Positions 16,857-26,700 of a stretch of DNA of 37,525 nt are shown here, piece after piece (position 1 is the stretch's first letter; every line of letters begins with the position of its first letter). This stretch comes from a virus (Duplodnaviria > Caudoviricetes), in the IMG/VR virus record IMGVR_UViG_3300017913_002411, positions 1 through 37,525 of that record. One strand, given 5' to 3'. The position numbers and the translations under genes were made by a program. The notes beneath the pieces were generated by a model that was given only the letters and a program-made list of their open reading frames with translations, searched no databases and had not been told where the DNA came from.

Positions 16857-19490
16857 TTATAATTCAAACTCTGCGGTTGGTGGTGTAAATGTGGTACCGG
16901 AAGGATATTTACATACACCTTTTATAATTCTAAAATCTTGTATATATCCAGTAAAGTATTCTGCTGAACCCCCTTGAAGTCCGCTAGTACCAATGTGAAG
17001 ATTATTTTGTGGTGTGCGAAGATTAGTAGTAGAAGATGTGCTGCTCTGATTGCCAACACTTACTCCATCCTTGTAAGCTCTAAAATAATGCGTACTACCT
17101 TCATCAGATCTTACTAATGCAATATGATACCATGTATTATTACTCACCGTTGCTGAGCCAATAAAATCAGCCGAAGCAGAGGTATATACCCAAAATCTCA
17201 TTCTACCATCTGCTAGAATTTCCATAGAAAGTGAACCAGAACTTTCAGTTAACGAATTATTTTTACTACCGAAAACATAGTGTCCTGTTCCTACATTTGT
17301 TGGATACATCCAAAACTCTAGAGTAAATTCATCACTTCCCAAATCCATACTGTGGGTCCCGGTTGAATTTAGAAGTTCTATATAATCACCTGTACCATCA
17401 AAATAAACTGAAGATGATGTAGTAAACTTTCTTTGTGTAGTAGATGATGAAGTATCTGCTTTTAATATAAATGCATTTGCAGCGGCAGCATCATAAACAT
17501 TTGCATCTGACTTGTTTTGCATCAGGAATTTAGTACCAGCAGCCTGAGTAGTAAGAGATGTAGGAGGTGTAAAGTTGGCAGTGTAAACAGCTGTTCCAGC
17601 AATAAATCTAATATCAGAGATATGACCCTTGCTCTTATAACTACCATTACCAAATCCACCTAACACTAAACCATCCTCGCCACCAAATTGACCAGTATCC
17701 GATCTGGTTGCAATTGAAACGCCGTCTAGATAAAGTGTAATTGTACCTGAATTCCTCACAGCCGCAACATGATGCCATACGTTATTTCTAACTACACCAC
17801 CACTTATAGACCAGTTAGTACCTGTATGAGCTTGAAGCCCAATTACTCCATCATCTGCTGGGCCTACATAAAACTCAAAATCACCTTCTTCTAAAAGTCC
17901 ATCGCCTCGAGTTGATACAATCATATCGTGAAATGAATTACCAACAGCCCCTGTTCTTCTAAACCATAATTCAGCGGTAAAGTCTCCAGTACCTAAATTA
18001 GTGGTATCACCAGCATCTGTAGATACAGCATAACTAGACCCATCTACATATACGGAACCCCCATGATCATCTGCAGCCCATGGTTCATAGTCATATGGGC
18101 TAAATGGATAAGTTCCGTCTACACCTGATTGAGTTAGTGCATGTGCACTTGATGAAATGTCTGCAATGTACGGAGTAGCACCAACTAAAAGTTTAGTGTT
18201 TGTTACAGCAGTAAGTGCCTCTGTTGGTACCGTAATTGTTGTATCAGCAGGATCGTATATAGAAGAACCGTTTACCAGTCGAACATCTCTAAAATACATC
18301 TGAGCACCTTCACTTCCATTATCAGTGGTACCTACAAAAGCATAAGTATTACCACTTCCTATATCAGTGCCGGCACCGTATGAAGCATTGTTTGCTATTC
18401 TTGTTCCGTTATAATAAAGCGCAATAGCGCCACCTTTTCTAACTACCGCAACATGATTCCACTGCCCTTTATCCCATGTTGTAGACGATATGAGTTTTCT
18501 GCTCGCGTTGCTACCACCATCACCCCAATATACTGTGATATAATCAGAATGATCATTATCGTCTGGTATTACACCGAAAGAACTGGCATTATTATAATAA
18601 GTGCCTAGTCCCATTAAACGAGGATAACTCACAAATGAATGGCCCGATGGAACATAAAAGAATCCTTCATAGCACCAATCATTTGTATCTAAGTCAAAGT
18701 CAGCAGAACTACCGGTGTAGATTCTATCAGCAGCACCGCCAAAATAAGTACTGTATCCACCAGAACGATAAGGTGTAAATCTAGATGCTTGCGGTGCACC
18801 TGTTTCAGTAAATCCAGTAGATGTTTCATCTGAATCTAGATGTGTAATTGCAGCATTAGTTGCGTTGTTACCATCAGCTTTCATTAACAATATAGTTTCA
18901 GCTGATGAGTCAATAACATTTGAAAATGTTAAACTAAACGAAAGTGTTTCATTATCAACAGCAATCTGGTCGGTTGCTTTGAATGTCAGAGTAAAGTCGC
19001 CAGCAGTACCACCTGAGTCAGCAGACAAAGCAGTAATCGTAAACACGCTTGAGTCTTGAGATACAGTTGTACCTGTACCAACCATATTACCGTCTGACTC
19101 AACAGAGAAAGTTATTATATCTTGATTATCGTCAGAATCACTAGCAGATGCGGTGACAGTAACAGATAACGTGTCTCCGTTTAATTGAATAGTACCAGAC
19201 TGATCGAGTGTCAGAGTAGGACTAGCGTTGATCAATGCTACATTGTACCAACCAGAACCATTACTAATATACAAACGACCAGATGATTCTACCCATGCTT
19301 GTTGCCCAGAGACAAGGCCGGTTGAAGGCAAAGAGTCTAGAGTTGTAAAACTTTGAAGACCTAAATTTTGAACTTGAGCAGAATCAAGCCCACCTGCAGC
19401 TTCGCTCGATGTATTTAGCAAAATCAAGTTAGAGGTATTGTCTACCTCTGTCTTTGACAGCATAATCGATATGTCTCTTGCTCTACTCAT
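16857..19490 (-). CDS. Fibre/tip-like virion protein with three LamG (concanavalin A-like lectin) domains
   Basis: Three repeats of DF..E.W/F...W.H.A.VR..G...LY..G....G.I.D.R...G...Y; N-terminal module shared with the three upstream genes. Confidence 0.8.
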   Translation of the reverse strand: MSRARDISIMLSKTEVDNTSNLILLNTSSEAAGGLDSAQVQNLGLQSFTTLDSLPSTGLVSGQQAWVESSGRLYISNGSGWYNVALINASPTLTLDQSGTIQLNGDTLSVTVTASASDSDDNQDIITFSVESDGNMVGTGTTVSQDSSVFTITALSADSGGTAGDFTLTFKATDQIAVDNETLSFSLTFSNVIDSSAETILLMKADGNNATNAAITHLDSDETSTGFTETGAPQASRFTPYRSGGYSTYFGGAADRIYTGSSADFDLDTNDWCYEGFFYVPSGHSFVSYPRLMGLGTYYNNASSFGVIPDDNDHSDYITVYWGDGGSNASRKLISSTTWDKGQWNHVAVVRKGGAIALYYNGTRIANNASYGAGTDIGSGNTYAFVGTTDNGSEGAQMYFRDVRLVNGSSIYDPADTTITVPTEALTAVTNTKLLVGATPYIADISSSAHALTQSGVDGTYPFSPYDYEPWAADDHGGSVYVDGSSYAVSTDAGDTTNLGTGDFTAELWFRRTGAVGNSFHDMIVSTRGDGLLEEGDFEFYVGPADDGVIGLQAHTGTNWSISGGVVRNNVWHHVAAVRNSGTITLYLDGVSIATRSDTGQFGGEDGLVLGGFGNGSYKSKGHISDIRFIAGTAVYTANFTPPTSLTTQAAGTKFLMQNKSDANVYDAAAANAFILKADTSSSTTQRKFTTSSSVYFDGTGDYIELLNSTGTHSMDLGSDEFTLEFWMYPTNVGTGHYVFGSKNNSLTESSGSLSMEILADGRMRFWVYTSASADFIGSATVSNNTWYHIALVRSDEGSTHYFRAYKDGVSVGNQSSTSSTTNLRTPQNNLHIGTSGLQGGSAEYFTGYIQDFRIIKGVCKYPSGTTFTPPTAEFEL

Positions 19491-19508
19491 TACCTTTTCC
19501 TTTATCCC

Positions 19509-19516
19509 TATTTATC
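19509..19516 (-). promoter_or_regulatory. Possible variant late promoter (GATAAATA)
   Basis: One mismatch to consensus, upstream of the 877-aa gene, followed by an SD-like GGAAAAGG. Confidence 0.4.
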
Positions 19517-20765
19517 ACTTTGGTACTGAAGCTTCCCAAAGCAAATTCGAGGTATTTGCTGTTTCTGCGTATAATCTTATCGTATTGAACTGGAATGCTG
19601 GTCCGTCTCTTGTTCCACCGTTTACACCAGAATGAACCGAAACATTATCATTAAACGTCTCGTTACCATCACCATCGTTGAAAGTTGTCGTAGTACCATA
19701 AGTTCGATATGCAGAACTACCACCAGCGGCTAAGAATCTGAAACCTCTCAAATTTGAATCTACAGTGAGACCAGCTTCTGGACTTACAGACGAACCTGAA
19801 TAATTATGTCTATGTTGACCAGCGAAGAAAAGACCAGTACCATCATCTACTGGAGTGGTTTGTATTTGTGCTCCACTAATGCCGTGTATCGTTGGTCCAT
19901 AAGTATAAGCACCAAAACCTGGCGAGCCTTGGCCACAAGCTTGAGCCCAAACTAAGTTAGTCCCTGGTCCATCATCACCACTATCCCAAAAAGTGAGATA
20001 AACCGCGGCAGGGTAATTCCCATTAGTGAAGATATAATTACTCGAGTTACTTGCTGCACTATCAATAGCTGCTTCTAAAGCATTTGTATATCTCCATGGT
20101 ATACTTTGCTTCATCTCGAGTGATGGCAATGCTCCGCTTGGAGCATTTGATGCTACTGTAAATGCATGGTAAACGTCAAATCGATATGGATCATTCTGTG
20201 GTGGTGGTGGAGCAGCATAAGCTATATTAAATTCCTTTGTGACGTTATCTGTATTGATACCGTCTGACACAGTAAATGTAATACTAAAGCTATTTGCGCT
20301 AGCCGAGTCACCGTTTAAGGCAATATGAAATCTTGATGATTTTGCAGAGTCATGCGTAATAACTACATCGCTAGAGTCAATCCCCGTGCTCAGTGTATGA
20401 CTGTATGTAAAGATAGCAGGATTATCATCTGAGTCAGTAGCTATGATTCGCATTTCGAAACTATCTGCTGTATCGTTATATGTATCCACGTCAGGTGCAG
20501 AGTCATATCCTTCTACAGAATCGATTTGCACAGATAAGTTAACTGTAGCAGCATTGTACCAACCATTACCGTTTCGAATAAACATACGTCTCGATTCAGC
20601 TACGTATGCTTTTCTACCAGTTTCTCCGCTATATGGCATCGAGTCAAGAGTAGAGTAATAATCAAACGCGGTTGTGTCTCCAATGTTTATTACTTCGTCA
20701 GAGTCAAACCCTGTACCGCCGTATGTAGTTTCTTGTATCTTTCTTAATCTACTAAGTAATGTCAT
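19515..20765 (-). CDS. Putative virion tip protein (shared N-terminal module, Ig/cadherin-like domain, unknown C-terminus)
   Basis: MTLLSRLR...YGGTGFDS...AYV......I.NG.GWY, paralogous to neighbours; ATDSDDNP...TFTVSDGI; about 12 DS motifs. Confidence 0.7.
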   Translation of the reverse strand: MTLLSRLRKIQETTYGGTGFDSDEVINIGDTTAFDYYSTLDSMPYSGETGRKAYVAESRRMFIRNGNGWYNAATVNLSVQIDSVEGYDSAPDVDTYNDTADSFEMRIIATDSDDNPAIFTYSHTLSTGIDSSDVVITHDSAKSSRFHIALNGDSASANSFSITFTVSDGINTDNVTKEFNIAYAAPPPPQNDPYRFDVYHAFTVASNAPSGALPSLEMKQSIPWRYTNALEAAIDSAASNSSNYIFTNGNYPAAVYLTFWDSGDDGPGTNLVWAQACGQGSPGFGAYTYGPTIHGISGAQIQTTPVDDGTGLFFAGQHRHNYSGSSVSPEAGLTVDSNLRGFRFLAAGGSSAYRTYGTTTTFNDGDGNETFNDNVSVHSGVNGGTRDGPAFQFNTIRLYAETANTSNLLWEASVPK

Positions 20766-23014
20766 TACGAAATTTGTCCTCTAAACTTATCTTGATCTAG
20801 CACTCTGATTTGACCTCTCATAGCGCTATGATATTGACAGTTATAGTAATATGTACCTGCAAATTTTGGGTTCCAGGTGATAACACCGTCTTCAGTGCCA
20901 TTATTGACTACGTCAGGCACACCATTGCCAGTTCCAATGGACTGATTAGTCTTGATCCATATTGGATGGCCAGAAGCATTGACAGTCATACGTAATAAAT
21001 CACCAGTATTCATGTATATTGTTGGATTATCTGCAAATCCATCTTCGTCTTGATATTTCACGCTATTGAATACTCTGTGTTTTCCAGAGAAAAGATAAGA
21101 TGCATTACCACTATTTGTGGTATTTAGGTTAATATTAGCTTTATCGTACGCATGTGGTCTAAATAAATGTATATCACCTCGATTTTCTTGAGTTCCTGTA
21201 CCACCATAAGTTTGATCCGAATCGACATATCTAGCACCGATGGCCACTATTTTTCCATCACGATTCGTTCTGATACCATTACCAAACGATATCGTATTAC
21301 CAGCTCCATAACCTGTAGGTGAACGAGAGATATTATTTATCTTTTCGAAGCTATTTCCTCTTCTATTGAGTACTACTACTCCTTCTCTCATTCGAGTTCC
21401 TGCATTTCCGTGATCAGAGTCAAAGCCATCAGTAGCGAATAATGTGTTACCGTCGCGGCTCAAAGACATAGTTTGTCCAAATCGAATGTTAGCCGTGGCT
21501 GGTAAGTTTCCATAACCTTCAATTCGGTCAGTCAATTCCCAAGAATCATCTCCATCATACTTAAATACGAATATGGCTCCGTTAGCACTGTCATTCTCAT
21601 TTGGATACCTATCAGCCCCGATACAAATCGTATCAAAGTTTGAATCTACAACAAGAGTACTACCATAACTCGTTATCTCATCGTCGTCTATTGATCTTGT
21701 AATGATTTCTGGAGGTATAGGAACTCTCGAATGGAATGTCCATGTTTCTTCACTTGGATCTCTTTCCCAAACTTGGTATTCTCGTGTACGTACTGCAAAC
21801 CAACCGGCAGGTTCTTCCCAATCATCGCCACCATGTAAATATCCTACGCTATCACCATCAAATATCGCCTTTGTTCCAAGTTTATTCATAGCTTTGATTA
21901 CAGAGGTATTATCAGGAGTAAAGATCTCTCTCTGTTTAGTCCATGTAGTACCTGATCGAGTATACACAGATAAATCACCAGAATCTGCATCAGTAGCCGT
22001 GCCTAGCATATAATCAAATGGACCGCTATTTATTGCAATACCACCAGGTATTTCTTTATCAGCTACAGTACCTCGTAGCTCTTGTCTCTTTATCCATTCT
22101 CCACCAGTAGAATCTCTGTCAAAATACCAAAAACGACCTACATCAGTTTCAGTGTGGTCAAAGCTCGTTTCAGTAGCTACCATCTTTAATCCATCGTCGC
22201 TAACCTGAAAACGACTACCAAATCCCCATGTTGTGTTAGTCGTAGTCCACATGTTATGTATTAGATCGGCATGACCTGTACTGTCGTTTATTTTCCATGT
22301 CAATAAACCGCCTGGAGCGATAAACATGCTGGTGGCTCTGCGAACATAGAAAGTTACTAGCCAATCTGCATCAGGTCCCATTGCAATTTTAAGGCCTAAT
22401 TCATCATTAGCATCATGATCTGGACCGGTATTCATGTTAAGTTGATGAAAACCACCAAGCCAATTATTACTATCATTATAATATGAGAAGTTTATCTTCT
22501 CTTTAAGTGTGGCAAAACTAATACCATCAGAAACCTTGAACGTAACTTGTGAAGAGTCTACAGATATGGCACTACTATCAACTGCTGTAAAAGTAAACAC
22601 ACTTGAGTCTTGAGTAAAGGTAGCTAAGTTTCTTAAGTTGCCATCTGATTCGATTGAGTACTGTAATGGATTCGAATCAGCATCAGTAGCAACAAGTTTT
22701 ATTACTAAGCCTCTCTGATCTTTTGATAATAACGTATTACGACCAGTTGCAGTTTCGATGCCAGTAAGTTGAGAAGCTACTGGCGCAGTTCGTGTCAGCG
22801 TAGTTGAATACCAATCATCACCATCATAGATTAACCAAAGATTACTATCTAAGACATAAGCCTGCTCGCCTGAATCTGCATTGTTAGGCAAATCATCATG
22901 AGTAGCATAAGTTTGAATACCAATACTGTTTGATATAGTAGTGATAGTGGCTGAATCAAAGCCGTTGCCATCATATATTTCAGCTTTTGTTAATCTTATA
23001 GAACTTAGCCTCAT
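20765..23014 (-). CDS. Putative virion tip protein with an FG-GAP-like beta-propeller and C-terminal cupredoxin-like domain
   Basis: Repeated FG/YG...S.DG....GA blades; C-terminal SGHPIWI...GTYYYNCQYHSAMRGQI; about 17 DS motifs. Confidence 0.7.
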   Translation of the reverse strand: MRLSSIRLTKAEIYDGNGFDSATITTISNSIGIQTYATHDDLPNNADSGEQAYVLDSNLWLIYDGDDWYSTTLTRTAPVASQLTGIETATGRNTLLSKDQRGLVIKLVATDADSNPLQYSIESDGNLRNLATFTQDSSVFTFTAVDSSAISVDSSQVTFKVSDGISFATLKEKINFSYYNDSNNWLGGFHQLNMNTGPDHDANDELGLKIAMGPDADWLVTFYVRRATSMFIAPGGLLTWKINDSTGHADLIHNMWTTTNTTWGFGSRFQVSDDGLKMVATETSFDHTETDVGRFWYFDRDSTGGEWIKRQELRGTVADKEIPGGIAINSGPFDYMLGTATDADSGDLSVYTRSGTTWTKQREIFTPDNTSVIKAMNKLGTKAIFDGDSVGYLHGGDDWEEPAGWFAVRTREYQVWERDPSEETWTFHSRVPIPPEIITRSIDDDEITSYGSTLVVDSNFDTICIGADRYPNENDSANGAIFVFKYDGDDSWELTDRIEGYGNLPATANIRFGQTMSLSRDGNTLFATDGFDSDHGNAGTRMREGVVVLNRRGNSFEKINNISRSPTGYGAGNTISFGNGIRTNRDGKIVAIGARYVDSDQTYGGTGTQENRGDIHLFRPHAYDKANINLNTTNSGNASYLFSGKHRVFNSVKYQDEDGFADNPTIYMNTGDLLRMTVNASGHPIWIKTNQSIGTGNGVPDVVNNGTEDGVITWNPKFAGTYYYNCQYHSAMRGQIRVLDQDKFRGQIS

Positions 23015-23742
23015 GATGTATCAACTCTTTCTGTGTAAACTTCTGTATTTCCTGGAGCGCCGCTGTACATACGAACTCTATCATATATAAACGACCAAGA
23101 TCCAGTATGAGTGATGTCTAAATTACCGATATCAAGTATAACATTTCTTGAATTATAAACGGCAGACCAAGATCCGGTAGAACCAGCTTCTGTATTACTC
23201 ACTCCTCCGTTTATTGATGGAGCCGCTGTAGTTCCAAAGTCTAAAGTTGCTACGACTGCGCTATCTCTCTCAAACTCTATCGATCTCCAGTTTCCTGCAG
23301 AAGAAGCAGATTGTATAGCTGATACAAGCCATAAAGTATGCTCTTGACTATATGGACCTGCTAGTGGACCGGTGTAGCGATCAGCCGCAAACTGCATATA
23401 ACCATTTGCTGGTGAGTTTTCTGTATTCCATGCACTTGTTGCTGAAGCTCCAGTTTTCATAGCCCACATATCCCACTCATTGTCTCCTGCTGAGTCTGAA
23501 GGATTATTCAAAGTCATCGTTATTTGATACCAACCAGTGCCATTTGTTATATAATATCTACTCGTAGAAGACACGTAAGCTTCTGTACCAGCTTCTAGAT
23601 TAGTGACTGGTAATGCACCGATTGAATCGTATATATTTACTAAGCGATTATCATCGAGGATATCGATTACTTCGGCAGAGTCAAAACCCTTACCGTCGTA
23701 TCTACCTTCTCTTATATCTCTGAGATTGCTAAGTAAAGTCAT
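23011..23742 (-). CDS. Putative virion tip protein (shared N-terminal module)
   Basis: MTLLSNLR...YDGKGFDS...AYV.....YI.NGTGWY, paralogous to the 416-aa gene. Confidence 0.7.
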   Translation of the reverse strand: MTLLSNLRDIREGRYDGKGFDSAEVIDILDDNRLVNIYDSIGALPVTNLEAGTEAYVSSTSRYYITNGTGWYQITMTLNNPSDSAGDNEWDMWAMKTGASATSAWNTENSPANGYMQFAADRYTGPLAGPYSQEHTLWLVSAIQSASSAGNWRSIEFERDSAVVATLDFGTTAAPSINGGVSNTEAGSTGSWSAVYNSRNVILDIGNLDITHTGSWSFIYDRVRMYSGAPGNTEVYTERVDTS

Positions 23743-23743
23743 C

Positions 23744-26700
23744 TTAGTTCTCGATCAATATCCAACCGCGAGCAGTGTTATAATACACCAATCCAATCGC
23801 AGCCTCATCAATATCAATGATGAGATCAGAGTCTGCACCCATGATATTTTCACCATTTCTCTCGATAGTAATGTTATACTGGCCAGCATTACCAGTACCA
23901 TCGATAACCCGTATTTCATCACCAAGTGCTGGACCAGGCGGTAGTATTAGGTTGATAGCTGCATTAGTTGTATTGATAATATTACGTGAGTTAGAGTCAA
24001 GTTCGATATTTGTAGATAATTCTACCCAATCGACTGCTTGTGTCTGTCTAGCTTGGATATAATCAGAGTCGATGATAGCAAATACACCTGCCGAATCGAC
24101 TGTACCTCCACCACCATTATTGATGATATAATCTTCATCGATTAGCGAGAGTACAGTAGCCGAATCAACTCCGATATTATTACCAGTATATTTGATTGCT
24201 GTTAAGACATCTCCTGAATCAGCAGCTTCTGTTAGTACGATGCTTGTACCGGTAGTTGCTGTAAAGTCAGTCTTTTGTAGTAAGATACCATTCAGGAATA
24301 CGTTTAGACGGCCAACACTGTATGACAGGGTTTCACTATTGTCATCAGCACCGCTGAAAGTAGCTTGACCCGAATCAGCTGTAAATTCAAAGTTTGTGAC
24401 TCTGAGTGGTGAAGCGACCTTTGATAGATCAGCAGGAACATATGACAATATCTTAATATCGTCGTTCAACGCTGCACCGGTTGTCAATGTTACTTCATAT
24501 CCATTCGTAGCAGTATAGTCATCACTATCTTGTAAGGCAATACCGTTTACGTAAACTACTGTCGTTGCATTTGATGCATAAGTGAGAGTGTCACCTCTAC
24601 GATCTTCACCTGTAAACGTTCTTTGACCAGAGTCAGCTAAGAATTGATACTGTACCGTTTTTAGGTCTTTAGCTCCACTAAACTGCTGAATTAAGAAGAC
24701 ATCTGATGATACTGCTGCCACAGTTAAGTTGATGTTTGTACCATCAGTAGCGGTATAATCGGTTGTTTCTGCAAGTAACTCACCGTTCTTAAATACTTGA
24801 ATACTACCAGCTACGTATCTGAATCCAGCTTTGTTGAGTGTAGTACCAGTAGCGTCAGTGATTTTTGTTACTGCAACATTTAAGCTACTTACGAGTGTGC
24901 CTTTCGTATTGACAACCGATAATAGGTCAGCAGAGTCTGCTGCATCTGTCAGCGTAATAGCGTTACCTTCACGAGTGAAGTCATTCAGTGGTGATAGTAA
25001 GATACCGTTTAGGTACACTTCTACGACACCAGATGAAAGATCCATCGTTAAGCTTTCATCATCTGTACCCGAGAAAACTGTTTGACCTGAGTCTGCTGTA
25101 AACTGGAAAGTAGTTTGAGCAAGTGTAGTCTTCTTAACTACTCTACCAACTGTCTCGATTACAGATACAGAATATCCGCTATCGAGTGCTTCAGTAAACG
25201 TAACGTTCGAGTCAACGATCGTATAGTCTGTAGTCAACTCTTGCAAGATACCGTTGATGTATACTTCTGTATTATCAGGATCAACTAAGAAGGTGTTACC
25301 AAACTTATCAGCGCCGCTGAATACGGTATCTCCTTGATCTGCCTCGAAGAAGTACTTGTTGACTTCGAGAGTACCCCGTGCTAAGACACTTTGTCTTGCT
25401 TGGATATAATCAGAGTCAACTTCTTGTCGTATTAGAGTGATAGTAGCAGCAGAGTCTACACCTTCAGCAGCGGCTTCGGGCGGAGTAAACTTAACGATAG
25501 TGATATTATCACCGAGAGCAGCAGAGTCAATAAGAGTTACTGTTGAACTGTCTGTCTTCGTAAAGTCATCAGAATCGACAAGTAATACACCGTTCAAGTA
25601 AACATTGATATCGACTCCAGCTTTATTATATGATAATACTTGACCGTTATCATCAGAGTCTGTAAAGGTGATTTGACCCGAATCAGCAGTAAACGTGAAC
25701 TTCTTCAGTGTCAAACCATCGGCTACACCGCCACCTCCACCACCAGATGAGTTGATGGTGACTGTCTTTGTTGCCGCATCTGTAGCAAGTGTGATATTAG
25801 TACCAGCTTCAAATGTTAGTGTATCTGTGGCAGTGGCTGCAACGATATCATCTTGACCACTGATCGATATAGTCTTGTATGCTACGTTAGCACCGCTACC
25901 ACTTATAGCTTCTCTTGCTTGGATATATGCCGAATCGATGATAGCAAAGACAGCATCAGAGTCTAATCCACCTGCGCCCGTACCTGTACCTGATTCACGT
26001 GCAGAGATATAAGCTGAGTCGATTAGTTGTGTTACAAGAGCAGAGTCAATCAGCTTTGGTACGCCAGTTATATTAGACCATGAGTAGTCTTGTCTTTGAG
26101 CTACATAGTCTGAATCAACGTGAGCTGTGACTCGTGCATTTGTATAATAGAGGTTTGTTGAACCTTCGGTAAGATCGTCAGTATCAAAGCCAGTTAAGTT
26201 ACGGCTCATTACAAATACTGCATTACCCATATAACCATGTGCGGTACATTGATAATGCAACACCTGAGGTGTCATGTCTGTTACTTCGATCTCAGTGTAA
26301 GCTCCTGCTTGACCAGCTACGCCATTAGTCGTTACACTTGCAGAATATTGAGTCGTCTTTGCAGCATCATAGTAGAATGCGATTGGGTGACCAGCGTTTG
26401 TGCCATTTGATTGATCGAAGCGATACTTATTTCCTGGTACAAGTTGAAGCATAGGAGCTTCTTGGTTACGAATCACGTAGCCATTTGTAGATCCAGTACC
26501 TTCATATCTGTGTGCTTGTGTCTTTGTACTAACTTCAACAAGGAACGTAGTAACGTCAGAATCATGTAAGAATTCGAGATATTCAAGACCAACAACTCTT
26601 TCGGTCTCTAATTGGTTATCTCCGTTTTCGTTAAATATGTTTTTAACTTCAGATGAGTCAAGTACATTTGGTGTTCCAGTAAAGTTACTATAGTTAAGAT

